Positions 25,051 to 36,901 of a stretch of 64,000 bases of DNA are shown here, in pieces. Made by a program: the position numbers and the translations under genes. Below the pieces are notes generated by a model. The model did not search any database. It was not told the DNA's origin and was given only the letters and a program-made list of their open reading frames with translations. The stretch comes from the human T2T-CHM13v2.0 reference genome, Homo sapiens. Numbering within the stretch: position 1 is the stretch's first letter; each line of letters starts with the position of its first letter. Location: assembly GCF_009914755.1 (NCBI RefSeq), contig NC_060933.1, one strand, 5' to 3'.

Positions 25051-25425
25051 TGTATTAGTGGGAGGCTAACTCAACAAAAATTCATTGTCTCACAGTTCTG
25101 GAGGCTACAACTTTGAAATTGCGGTGTCTGCAGAGTTGGTTCCTTGCGAGGCCTGTGAAGAGAGGGTCTGTTCTAGGCCTTTCTCCTTAGCCTGAAGTTG
25201 GCTATCTTCATGTTCCGATGGCTTTCCCTCTGTGTGCTTCTCTCTGTATCCTAATGTCCTCTTCTCATAAGGCCACAGTTATACTGGAGTAGAGCTCAAC
25301 CTAATAAATTCACTTTCACTTGATAATCTCTATGAAGATCCTATCTTTAGCATCATATTATGAGGTATTAAAAGTTAGGATTACAACAGAATGAATTTTG
25401 GGAAGATACAAGTCAACCTATAGCC
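25051..25425 (-). mobile_element. MLT1B/C-like MaLR solo LTR
   Basis: TGTATTAG...ATTGTCTCACAGTTCTGGAGGCTA...GGTGTCTGCAGAGTTGGTTCCTT...GTCCTCTTCTCATAAGG. Confidence 0.8.
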
Positions 25426-26939
25426 AGTGCCTACAGCAAAAGACTACTACTATTCATTTAACAAATATTTTAAAATAACGTATCCAAGAATCATGTTAGG
25501 GATAAGGGACACAACCATGAAGCTATGTTCTGTGGAACTGAGAAATAAATAATCTCATACTGTTATTATAGAATATTAATTGGAATAAAGTTCCTTCTGA
25601 CTTCTTTCTAAATATGCATTGTGTGAAAGTCATAATAGACTCCACTTTACTGCTATGAAAATAATTTATATATGTACAGGCAGTTCACAAAGGAATCTAA
25701 ATGTGTTAGCAAATTGTATAAATCAGTTAGTTGTGTACTGGGCCAACCAAAGCATCTATCCCTCTAAGTCTCTGGACTATGATGCCGAGCTTTATCAAAA
25801 TGATTGCTAATTATTCACTATGACTACTACTGGATATTATGAATTAGTATTTAAAAAGTTAAACATTATCTTTACAGTTCTTCCAAAATTGCAATTTGAG
25901 AAGAAAATTATGTACTAATATTAGCATCAACATTCTAGTGTTAAATAATTAATGTATGTGAGTACTAATTTCTTTCAAAGTATAAATGCAATATTCTAAA
26001 TTGAACATAAATGTATCATTTGTATAAATGTAAGTTTATATAAACTTTTCTATGTATCAAATATAAAATGGGAACGCTCTAGGACAGCATTTAAATTCAA
26101 CTTTATCATTATCAGTCTGTGGTGTTAATATGGAACTAAGTCAATATCCTATATGAAATAATACACTCAAATAAAATGCCAAGTAATATTTCTGTGCAAT
26201 GTTCCATAATCATTTTATAAACCTCATCTCATTCTCTTCTTCCTTTCAAAGATAAGAATTCATAAAGTAGTATAAAGTAGCATTAAAATATATATGGCTT
26301 ATATGACTCCAGAGCAGAAAACAGTTTAAAAATAAACAAGATCTGTTAATACATTAGATTTTTTTTTAATCAATAGAAGTTTGAAGCATAAGAAAGAAAT
26401 TAGTGAGTATTCTCCCACAAATATAATCATTTCTTAGGGTACAGCACCCCACTTATTAGAAAATTCATTCATGAATAACATACTCTGATGAAGATACTTT
26501 GATTTCCAAGGCTACCAGACATCCCAAAGAAACTGAGGATCAGGAGTCTTAGGTCTTATCTAACAATTTATCAGGTAGGACAACTGATAAGGTGGAATAA
26601 TGTGATAAACTATTGGGTATCAGATTCTGTTTTCATTTTACTCTGAACAACCTGCTGCAAGGAGACTACTGGAAACAGATCATTTTCAACAAGCTCAGCA
26701 ACAGCATGTGAGTAAACACAATAGGAAACTGCTTCATCAGCCCTTTCAGCCCCCAGATTAGAGGTGCATTCCATTAAAAGCCAAGAAAAGTGAACTGTTC
26801 TTCAGATCCCTTACTTTGGTGTCAGATAAAATCAAGTTTGGCAAAGGGCTATTTGGCAAAACAGTGAAGATTCTTACCTTCACTACCTAAAGACTATCAC
26901 TGTGAAGACGAAGAGCATTAATGGTAATCATAGATACTG

Positions 26940-27130
26940 ACACTTTATTTGTATAATTTCATTTTATCAATCCAGTAATTCTAGGAAGTTGGTACAATTT
27001 TTATCCCATTTTGTAGATGAGGAAACTAAGTCCTATAGTGAGTAAATAATTTTTCCAGTGTCTTGCAGCTGGGAAGTGGCAGAGCAGGATTCAAACTTGA
27101 TGTCAAAACCCAGCCTATTTATGACCATCA
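26940..27130 (-). mobile_element. MIR fragment
   Basis: TTATCCCATTTTGTAGATGAGGAAACTAAG...GGAAGTGGCAGAGCAGGATTCAAAC. Confidence 0.7.
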
Positions 27131-27999
27131 TCATGACATAGTAAAGTCACTACAAGTCAAAGTCTATACCTCCAGCTTCATGAAAGCAAAAGGTTAGGTT
27201 GTCATGCAGTCTAGAAACCACAAAAATTCCTTCAACTTAATCTGATTGAATTCTGCATTTTAATACAGTTCAATGAAAATATCATTATATATAAGCATTA
27301 GATAAGAATCAGAAGTCCAATCTCATGGAGGATAGAAGTAATGTTATTGCATAAATTCCTAAAATTATTACCAACTTCAGCTTTTAACTTGTAAATATTC
27401 AGCTTGGAATGTTTATCAAATTTGTGTACACACAAGAAATTTACTGTATTTTATTTTTAATTTATTTTTCCTTTGGTTTGTCCATTTGCTTTGTCGTGGT
27501 TTGTACTTGTTTTCTTCTTCATAATTCAGGCTTATTTTCATCTATCAAATTGTTAAATGCAAAAGTGAAAAGGTAGAAAGGGGCAATTAATTTGCATGGT
27601 GGGAAAAAAGAGACAACAGTACAAAGAGGGTGTCTAGGAGAGTCAATAGAATTTGCAAAAAAGCAAAGCCATTATTCAATACATATCTCTTAGGCAGAAA
27701 GTGTGGTCCATAACAGTTGTCACTGATAACTTCAGATGGAATCTTTAAAAGTCTCCAAGGAATGATACTGGATTCAGCAGTATCTATTTACCGATGGTAG
27801 ACATTCTTCCTTAAAACAATATTATCCCAAAATTCTGTCTTCAAGAAATCTATTTGTTCATTAATCCAGCCATTAATTATTCCATATTTATTGAGTATCT
27901 ACTTATCTTCTTGTGTTAAACAGAGATAAAATGATGATCACAAAATTGTTTCAATCGCAATAATATGGCATGGCAAGACCAAGGTATAATGATTCATGA

Positions 28000-28425
28000 T
28001 TGTGTTTAGCACATGGGCTTTTCTGAGTTGGAGTTTAGAATGCGGAATATTTATCAGGGGCTACCCTAGGATCAGCATTTGAAGGGGACGAAGGAAGTAT
28101 GATGGGCAGAGCGTGAAGTCAAGCTGATCTTCAGGCCTGCTGTTAGCCTAGTCAATCTACAGAAAGTTCCAGAGCTGAAATGTCCTGTGAGACTTCCCCT
28201 CATTGGGCCAAAATGGCTGGGTCTTTATATCATTATCTCAACCAATAATTTAATATGGTTCATCTTACCTTGGAAAGAGTGTGACCTTGAATGAGGTGTC
28301 TCTCTACAGCTTAAGTGATACCAAAGATGCTATCAACTGAGCACTACCTGACGACAAGACTCCAGGCAGCTGAGCAACAAGCCTATCCTCGAGGCGGTGT
28401 GGGAGGCATAACTATGTCCATCACA
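28000..28425 (-). mobile_element. LTR33-like ERVL LTR within L2 remnants
   Basis: GAAGGAAG...TGGGCAGAG...GAAGTCAAGCTG...AGAGCTG...GGCTGGGTCTTTATA resembles LTR33 in antisense. Confidence 0.5.
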
Positions 28426-29223
28426 CCAGTTTCTAAGGCAGTGAGGTGCAGGAGGGTATGAGTTAGGGAAGAAGGGCTTCTTAGAGTAAATTAAGTTTGA
28501 ACTAGAAAGATGAATAGGAAGAAGACAGGTAAAAAGGTAGAAATAAACTGCTAGACAAAAGAAAAAGTATGTCTGAAATTCTCTATTGGAAAGATAATGC
28601 TGTCTATGGAAGTGGTGGAAAGTATTTGAGTTCAGCTGGAGCATAGAGTGCTGAGGCTTCAAAAGGCAAAAGGTGATGATGGAGGGAGAAACTAGGTGAT
28701 GAACTAAATGATCTGTTCTCTGCTGTTTATGAATGAGATACTCATTTCAGGAATTATCATGCTGCCCTTTCCATGGAGACATATCTGCCAGGCTATCAAT
28801 ATAACATGTTACACTAAATTCTGAATCAATGAGGCCACTTTAGAATAATTTAGAGTTAAAACCGAAAAAAAAATCCACTTTTCCAAAATGAATGAATTTG
28901 GCATTAATGTCCCTTTTGAATATTTATGCTAAAATGATATCATTATGTACAGTGCTATTTGATTACCACTCAAGCTTTGCAGAATGGTGTCATGCTAAGG
29001 ACAATTGTTATAAGTGATAAAATTGCTTCTGCTGAAACATCTCCTATGTGATATGGTATTTGAGCAATAGCAGGGGTGTTCTCCTTTGCTTGGGATTCTC
29101 CTTACTATTCCCAAAATAAGTAATGGAACATATTTCAAGATATATCTTATTCAAAATGTTCTCACTTCCAGAGCTTGAAAACAAAAATCTGTATGTTCTC
29201 TCAGAGTCAGAAGTCTGTAATGC

Positions 29224-29458
29224 GCCGGGCGCGGTGGCGCGTGCCTGTGGTCCCAGCTACTCGGGAGGCTGAGGCTGGAGGATCGCTTGAGTCCAGGAGT
29301 TCTGGGCTGTAGTGCGCTATGCCGATCGGGTGTCCGCACTAAGTTCGACATCAATATGGTGACCTCCCGGGAGCGGGGGACCACCAGGTTGCCTAAGGAG
29401 GGGTGAACCGGCCCAGGTCGGAAACGGAGCAGGTCAAAACTCCCGTGCTGATCAGTAG
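29224..29458 (+). pseudogene. RN7SL5P: 7SL (SRP) RNA retropseudogene of RN7SL1 type, nt 1-235, 3'-truncated and tail-less
   Basis: Matches RN7SL1 as I recall it (GAGGCTGGAGG, GAGTCCAGG) with 2 substitutions, at 29249 and 29348. TSD AAGTCTGTAATGC at 29211-29223 and 29459-29471. 7SL identity is secure; the symbol is recalled. Confidence 0.93.
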
Positions 29459-30539
29459 AAGTCTGTAATGCTACTGGTGTCCCCTAATTTTCTTATAGCC
29501 ACAGTTCCTTTCGCCTGAGCTCATTACAGAGACAAATATCCATTAGTGACAGGTAACTTTTCATTCTAATGCGCCTGTAGTACTGATGTCTGGGCCTCTG
29601 AGATATTCTATTTTGCACCTGAAATTAGTTTCTGTGTTACAGCTCTGAATTTGTGATAAGAAAACAGATACTGTAATTTAGATAAACTCCACTAAATGGC
29701 TTGACTGAAATAAAGCCCAAATGAAGGTATAAATGACTGTCAAGTTCTCTGGGGTACAGTTAGAGAACAAAATAGCTGATGGATTGTTATTTATCTGTGC
29801 ATGTGAGCTTGGGGGATTTAATTAAAGATGTTCTATTATATTTTCAAAGTCTTTCTGAAGCTGTAAATCAAAAGCTGAAGAAACAGAGAATGTTGCCATT
29901 GATCCAAAAACCAGATCTCTGGCCATACTGGGAATGTCTTCTTTTGGCGGTGGTTTTCATGTTTCTGTTTAGTGTTTTACCCTAAACATGACTATAAAGA
30001 AATAAAGGGAATCTTTTTGGTATAATTATTTCCTAAAGGATTATTTGAGCCATTGTGGTGTGCATCTGTACATTTTTATCCATACATGTAACATGTATGT
30101 TTACATATGTTTATCCATATGTATGCACGTACATATATATGTGTGTGTGTGTATTTGCTTTTCTTAGTGATAAGTATTCTTTCTTAAATTGGCTTTAAAC
30201 ATAAATCCCCAAAATGTGCCACAAGTAGAATTATGCAACAAAATCTGCATCACAGAAGAAAATTGAACCCAATATAAAATGAATTTCAAAAATAGGGCCA
30301 TTCTATGTTCTTAATATCCATTCCTCTTTAAAAAAAATCTTCAACTGTTACTAAAACATAATGGAAGTATTATGTGAGCTAATTATACCTGGAAAAATCA
30401 TATGGCATAAATAAATAAATAAATAAATAACAGCATGGACAGGATCCCAAGGGTCAACTAATCTGTTCTCTACTTCTAGTTAGCATTGTGACATGTATAC
30501 TATTATTAAACCACTTCAGAAACTAAACAGAAACTACTC

Positions 30540-31051
30540 TTTTGTAGAGGATTAAGGATGGTCACAGTTCTTTGATATTACTTGCAGGGAAATATAAAGT
30601 CTGTTTTTGGTCGCTTTGAATCCAGAGTGGCCTGTAATGGTTTAGGCCAACAGAATGTAACAGAAGTTTGACTTTGCCAGATCAAGGCCAAGCCTGTGTG
30701 TGAGAAAACTGGCAACTTTGGCTGGCCTCTTCAAGCCCTGGGTTGTTACGTAAGAAGTCTGACTACTTGTCAGAAAGATCGCTTGGAGAAGCCATGAGAA
30801 CACATAGAGAAGGGGGTAGCTCAGCTGACCCAGCCCTCTAGCTGTTCTCACCAAGGTACCAGACACATCGCTGAAGCTATTCTGTATCTTCTAGTCCACT
30901 CCAGTTCCCAACTGATCTAGTTGGCACCCATGGAATAGAAGTGCCAAGCTGACCCTCTGGAGGTCCTGGTCCTCAGTATCAGTAAAAAAGATGATGCTTT
31001 AAGCTGCTAAGTTTACAGTGTATTGTTACACAGCAGTGGATAACTGGAACA
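30540..31051 (+). mobile_element. MLT1H-like MaLR solo LTR
   Basis: GATGGTCACAGTTCTTTGA...CCAACAGAATGTAACAGAAGT...TTTAAGCTGCTAAGTTT...TTGTTACACAGCAGTGGATAACTGGAACA. Confidence 0.75.
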
Positions 31052-32594
31052 AGCTTGAAAGCAAGACTGAAACATGCACTTATATTCATTCATGTTTTTG
31101 AATGCATAGGGACTTTTTTGTCTACTATACATAATGACAATTTTTCTAACTATAGTGGCAAAATAAAATCATATGGACTTTATCTTCATTACAGCTCAGT
31201 CAAGAAAAAACAGGATTGGACTATTTCTTGAGTAAGTCATCCTGTTTGGCCAAACACTGTATAATCAACTTGAATTTATTAAATTTTTAGAAAGTTTTGC
31301 TGTTGATTTATACTGTGTACCATACCACTTAACATGTTCTTTGGATTTCGTGCATCTACTTTTTTTTCTGAACAACTAATTTGATAGGAGAGTTCTATAA
31401 TATGCTTTACTTTTTTGACTTCTAGTTTTTTATTTTAAAGAAGACAGAGACCTCATTAGAGATTAAAATGATAAAATGAGTCCGATAAATATGAAAAGAT
31501 TTGATATCTATTTTTTGTGAGTCTTTCATCTGAGTTATGTAAATCCTTCAAACAATAATCTCTCCTATGTGATCCCATCTTTAATTCTCAGACCCAAAGG
31601 ACTAGAACTATGTTCTGTGATATTGTGCCTAGCATGGCATTTTAGAGTTTGCAGATGCTCCATAAATTGGTAGAATGAATTAACTTGATTCAAATGATTG
31701 CCAGTGCTCTAATAAACACAGATGTTTTTATGGATATGATAACATTTTAGAATGAAGGTATAGGAGATAGTCAATATTCTTGGCCCTTTTCTATTATTTC
31801 CAAGGAGACTTTCTGACCCCAAGTTAGACTGGGGTAGGAGTTACAGGTAATAAAAAGAACAACCTTTTCCCTTTCTTCATACTACTCTAAGAAGCTCTTT
31901 AAATATATGCTGTTAGAAATGGTGCAGCAAATTCTAGTAACTTTTATATTTTAATTTTTGATAGCTGCAAATTATGCCCCATGTAAGCAAATACTTGATC
32001 TCTACAACTATTAGATTTATCATTTAAAGAATACATGCCTACTTGCAAGTTAAATGTAAATTGACCCTACTTTCTGACCTATTTTCTCTATCCTTCATTT
32101 GTTCCATTTGACCAGTTTTAACCTAATTTTCTTGCTCTATTATGTGTATCTTCAAATAGTGTTTTAAATTATTTCTTGATCAAATTTTAAAAAAATGAGT
32201 GAGCAACAAACACACAAATAAATGAATTGGCATGTGATATGACAATTTGTAAGATTTTTGCACTTGGTAATATTTCACAAGTTTAGTTGATGGATCCTCA
32301 TTGGTATCAGTTTTAAACTAGAGATTATTCTGGATAATAAATGGGTAGGTCAAACTGTAGCCCATTCACATCTGTCTCTATGAGAATCCTAGAACCAAGC
32401 AATCATGCCTCTTACCTACCATACTTATCTGTCCCACGTTTATCCCTGCAAATGGACAATACAAATTAAAGCTAGTCAGTTATGCATGCCATTGATGGAT
32501 CTGTTTCCTTGAGATCTGGAAAAAGTGGTTCTTCCTTTTTACATTTCTTTCTCATGGTTGGTTAATCCTTAGAGAACAATTTTCACTTGGCACC

Positions 32595-32969
32595 TGTATT
32601 AGTCCATTCTCATGCTGCTATAAAGAACTGCTCGGGACTGGATAATTCATAAATGAAAGAGGTTTAATTGACTCATAGTTCTGCATGGCTGGGAAGACCT
32701 CAGGAAACTTACAATCATGGCGGAAGGGGAAGCAAACACGTCCTTCTTCACATGGCAGCAGGAAGGAGAAGTGCCAAGCAAAGGGGGAAAATCCTCTTAT
32801 CAAATCATCAGATCTCATGAGAATTCAATCACTATCACGAGAACAGCGGCATGGGGTAAATGCCCCCATGATTCAGTTACCTCCCATGATTCCCTCTCCT
32901 GACACGTGGGAATTATGGGAACTATAATTCAGGATGAGATTTGGGTGGGGACACAGCCAAACCATATCA
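32595..32969 (-). mobile_element. THE1C/D MaLR solo LTR
   Basis: TGTATTAGTCCATTCTCATGCTGCTATAAAG...GAGATTTGGGTGGGGACACAGCCAAACCATATCA; complete LTR. Confidence 0.93.
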
Positions 32970-33827
32970 GCTTCATATAGATTACTTGAGGTCTTTATAG
33001 ACAGCAGAAAAGTATAGTGGTAATATTACTTTGGGTGTCAGGAACTCTTGTGCTTATGCAAGTTCAAATGTGTAAGAAATGGTTCCTTAGCACAGTTGTG
33101 CAGAACATTGTTTAGACAAAAGGAAGTGAGAAACAATTTAGGCAAGCTTTTCCATAAAGTTAATTCAACTGAATTTAAACAACTCCACTTTAAATTATGT
33201 TCTATTTTTTAATTCATTTGTTTTGGATAAAGATTATTTTATGAAAGCCATGTGGTAAGAAATGACATAATATTTTGTTTGACATTTGCACGTGGCACCT
33301 CCAAGATGATCCTTCAAACAAAACAAAACAGAACATGATGACAAGAAAGTCAAAGTTCAAGAAAGACTACACTTAAGAAATTCCCTGAGAGTTACAATCA
33401 TATTAAGGTTAACACAAATTCCTAAAGAACTTATACATCTGTCCTCCCAAGTGTTGAGGATTTAATAGTGGCCTAAAGATAGGTCTCTTCACAGATAAAA
33501 CAAGGAAGAGAGGATACCTTATGTTCCATTGTGACCCATCTACTTAATATACCTGTGAGGGAAGAAAATCCCACTGTAAGAATGCTGACTAAGCTCAGTC
33601 TTGTATCCAAACTGCTTCACACCTCCTGAGACTTTTGTGAGGTTTTAACATTAGGAATCAATGTGGCCTTTGGCAAATCATTCCACACAACTGGAACTCT
33701 ATTTCTTTATTCAATTCACTGTCTCTTCAATTGATATTTATTGAGGGCACATTATTGAGCACCCAGTCAATGTTATTGTCAATGGTGCCACAGAAGGGAA
33801 CACAATAGATTAAAAATCCCTGACCTC

Positions 33828-34847
33828 CAAATGGGATCTAATTAAACTAAAGAGCTTCTGTACAGCAAAAGGAATGGTCAATCTACAGACATCTTACCTA
33901 CATAATAGAAGTGAATGTTCACAAACTATGCATTTGACAAGGGTCTAGTATCCCACATCTATAAGGAACTTAAACACATTTACAATAAAAAGGAAAAGAA
34001 CCACATTAAAAATTGGGCAAAGGACATGAACAGACACTTTTCAAAAGAAGACATACATGTGGCCAAGAAGCATATGAAAAAAAGCTCAATATCACTGATC
34101 ATTAGAGAAATGCAAATCAAAACCACAATGAGGTAACATCTCACACCAGTCAGAATGGCTATTATAAAATGTCAATAATATAACAAGTGCTGGCAAGGCT
34201 GTGGAGACAAAGGAACGCTATACACTGGTGGTGGAAGTGTAATTTAGTTCAACCATTTGTGGAGAATAGTGTGGAGATTCCTCAAAGACCAAAAATCGGA
34301 ATTACTATTTAACCCAGCAATCCGATTACTGAGTATATACCCAAAGGAATATTAATCATTCTATCATAAAGACACATGCACATGTATGTTCACTGCATCA
34401 CTATTCACAACGGCAAAGACATGGAATCAACCTAAATGTCCAGCAATGATAGACTGGATAAGTAAATGTGCTATATATGTACCCCATGGAATATTAGACA
34501 GCCATAAAAAATGAGATCATGTCCTTTGCAGGCTCATGGATGGAGCTGGAGGCCATTATCCTTAGCAAACTAACACAGTAAAAGAAAACTAAATACCGTA
34601 TGTTCTCACTTATATGTAGAAGTTAAATGATAAGAACACATGGACACAAAGAGGGGAACAACAGACACTGGGACCTATTGGAGGGTAGGAAGTAAGAGGG
34701 AGGAAGGAGAGGATCAGGAAAAATAACTAATGGGTACTGGGTTTAATACCTGGCTGATGAAATAATCTATGCAACAAGCCCCAATGGCAAATGTTTACCT
34801 GTATGAGAAACCTGCACATGTACCCCTGAAATTAAAAGAAAAAAAAT
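33828..34847 (+). mobile_element. 5'-truncated L1PA13-like element (about 1 kb)
   Basis: ORF2 C-terminal remnant ([13 protein letters not shown]) and 3'UTR GGATCAGGAAAAATAACTAATGGGTAC...CCTGCACATGTACCCCTGA with A-tail. Confidence 0.88.
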
Positions 34848-34899
34848 TTAGTTCTCAAGGGACTTCTACATGTTCCCTTAATAAAACATGTGTCATTTG

Positions 34900-35340
34900 A
34901 TTACAATTGCTATGGGGTGCTAGGGTACCTCAGTATGTGAAATAGGCAGAATATGGAAGAACGCTGTTCTAGGGAAGGGAAAGATGAGTCTGAAGACACT
35001 GACGTAGAAATGTGTCTGGCATGTTCAAAAAGCAGCAAAAGAGGTCAGTGCCGTTGGGCCAGATTAAAGAAATGACTGAGTGATGAAAGATCAAGGAGAT
35101 GCTCAGAAGCCAGGCCACATAGTCTTACAGACTGCACTAGCTTTCATTTTTGGTGAAATGGGCTACTATTGAACGGTTCTGAAAAGAGGAGTAGCACGAA
35201 CTGACTTGTGTTTGAAGGGGTTCATTCTGCTGCTGTGATAGAAACAGGTTTTGGAGAAGAAAGGAAGGGTATGAAGACCAGGTAGGAGCCCCATGCATTT
35301 AAATCAGGGTAGTAACAATGGAGGCAGTAAGAAGTTGTAA
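34900..35340 (-). mobile_element. L2 fragment, probably continuous with 33715-33827
   Basis: GTGTCTGGCATGTTCAAAAAGCAGCAAAAGAGGTCAGTG...GAAATGGGCTACTATTGAACGGTTCTGA...CATTCTGCTGCTGTG. Confidence 0.6.
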
Positions 35341-35408
35341 AATTTTCAAAAATAAAAATGATCAAATCACATTTATACACTTAGTCAAAAAGCACTTAAT
35401 GAACACTC

Positions 35409-35793
35409 TGATACGGTTTGGCTATGTGTCCCCACCCAAATCTCATCTCTAATTGTACTCCCCACACGAGGAGGGAGGGACCTGTAATCCTCACGTGTCG
35501 AGGCTGAGAGGTGATTGGATCATGGTGTCAGTTTCCCCCATGCTGTTTTCAAGATAGTGAGTTCTCATGAGATCTGATGGTTTCCTAAGTGTTTGCAAGT
35601 TCTTCCTTTGCATTTCATTCTCTCTCTCTCCTGCTGCCTTGTGAAGAAGATGCCTGCTTCCAATGCTGCTATGATTGTAAGTTTCCTGAGTCCTCCCCAG
35701 CCATGTGGAACTGTGAGCCAATTAAACTTCTTTCCTTCATAAATAACCCAGTCTTTGTATTTCTTTACAGCAGTGTGAAAACAGACTGATAAG
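35409..35793 (+). mobile_element. THE1D MaLR solo LTR
   Basis: TGATACGGTTTGGCTATGTGTCCCCACCCAAATCTCATCT...GCAGTGTGAAAACAGACT; near-TSD CACTC / CATTC. Confidence 0.92.
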
Positions 35794-36901
35794 CATTCAC
35801 TGGATGCCCTGCTCTAAGAGTTACACACATAATAGGGAAGAAAACAGGTCAGCTCTTACTTACATGGGCATGATATTTAATGGAGTCCTTTAAGACCAGG
35901 TCAGCCTACATTCTTGGTGTAGTTCAAAGAGATCCAGGAAATTTACTGTTTTCAGCAGGGGGATTAAACACACACATGCACACACACTGTGGTATAGGTT
36001 GTGATTAAAAAGCAGGGTGGCTAATGGATGAGGTTGCTAATCATTGCCTCGTCTTCCATCAGCAACTCACTAAGAAGCCAGTGAAAAAAGAGAATGTTGT
36101 ATCTAAAAAATGTTAGTTATTTGCACAGATGTCTGCTCTCTCTGAGGAATTCCTATCTCCACTTTCAGCTTCGCAAAGCATGTCCCTTTATGGACCATGT
36201 TATTAATGAAATGGAAAAGAATGTGCAAGAAAGCCTACTGTTGTCTGAAATTATCTTTACTTCTATACTGCCGCTGGCAATAACTGTCTCTTCTCCAGAA
36301 TTCCAGAACAGTGAATTCTTTCTTCACGAGATTAAAAGCAAAACAATAAAAACAAAACAGAACAACAACCACAGGGAGAAAAATAACTTACCATTTTGGA
36401 ATTATAGATATTGTATTTTGAGTTGTGCTGATGTGTACTACTTCTCAGCAATTCAATCTTTTTTTATTAATGTAAGATTATCTCAAACATTATTAACAGA
36501 TTGCCTAATGAATAAGGCAATTCTCCATCTTGTACATTCCTCCAAACCCAATAAATCAGTGAGAAATTCAAATTGCTATATATATTTTTTAAGCTACCAG
36601 TAGTGAATTGTAATTGCTGATTGGATGTCACCTGTTTAACAGCAGGTCATAATGGTCTGGAAAACTGAGAGAATATAAGGAACCTGCCCTGATGGAGTAC
36701 AGCCTCTGTGAAGGAAAAAGTAACTAGTTCATTTGAGTCCTCCAGCAGACCCTTTGTCTAGAACCTCGTCCTTGCAAACATATAGTGTGTAAGCAGGGGG
36801 ATTCCACATTTGCTCATTCACATTGTCTAGAAACTTATGGCTAAATGATTTTTGGATGTGTATTCAGACATAACCTCAATTATATCTTATAGCAGTCATT
36901 C

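Noticed and set aside
29151-29384. 77-aa minus-strand ORF
   Set aside because: Antisense reading of the GC-rich 7SL copy; no independent coding evidence.
29224-29458. Functional RN7SL1/2 gene or an Alu
   Set aside because: It contains the S-domain, so it is not an Alu. It lacks the last ~65 nt and the native flanks and has a TSD, so it is not a source gene.
30081-30152. Palindrome CATACATGT-A-ACATGTATG and alternating purine/pyrimidine tract
   Set aside because: Expected by-product of decayed (TA)/(TG)/(CA) low-complexity sequence.
35446-35512. Short internal duplication in the THE1D LTR
   Set aside because: I recall this as a common THE1D variant, not locus-specific.
32595-35793. THE1 pair as the two ends of one provirus
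   Set aside because: Opposite orientation, and the interval holds L1, L2 and unique DNA rather than THE1 internal sequence.
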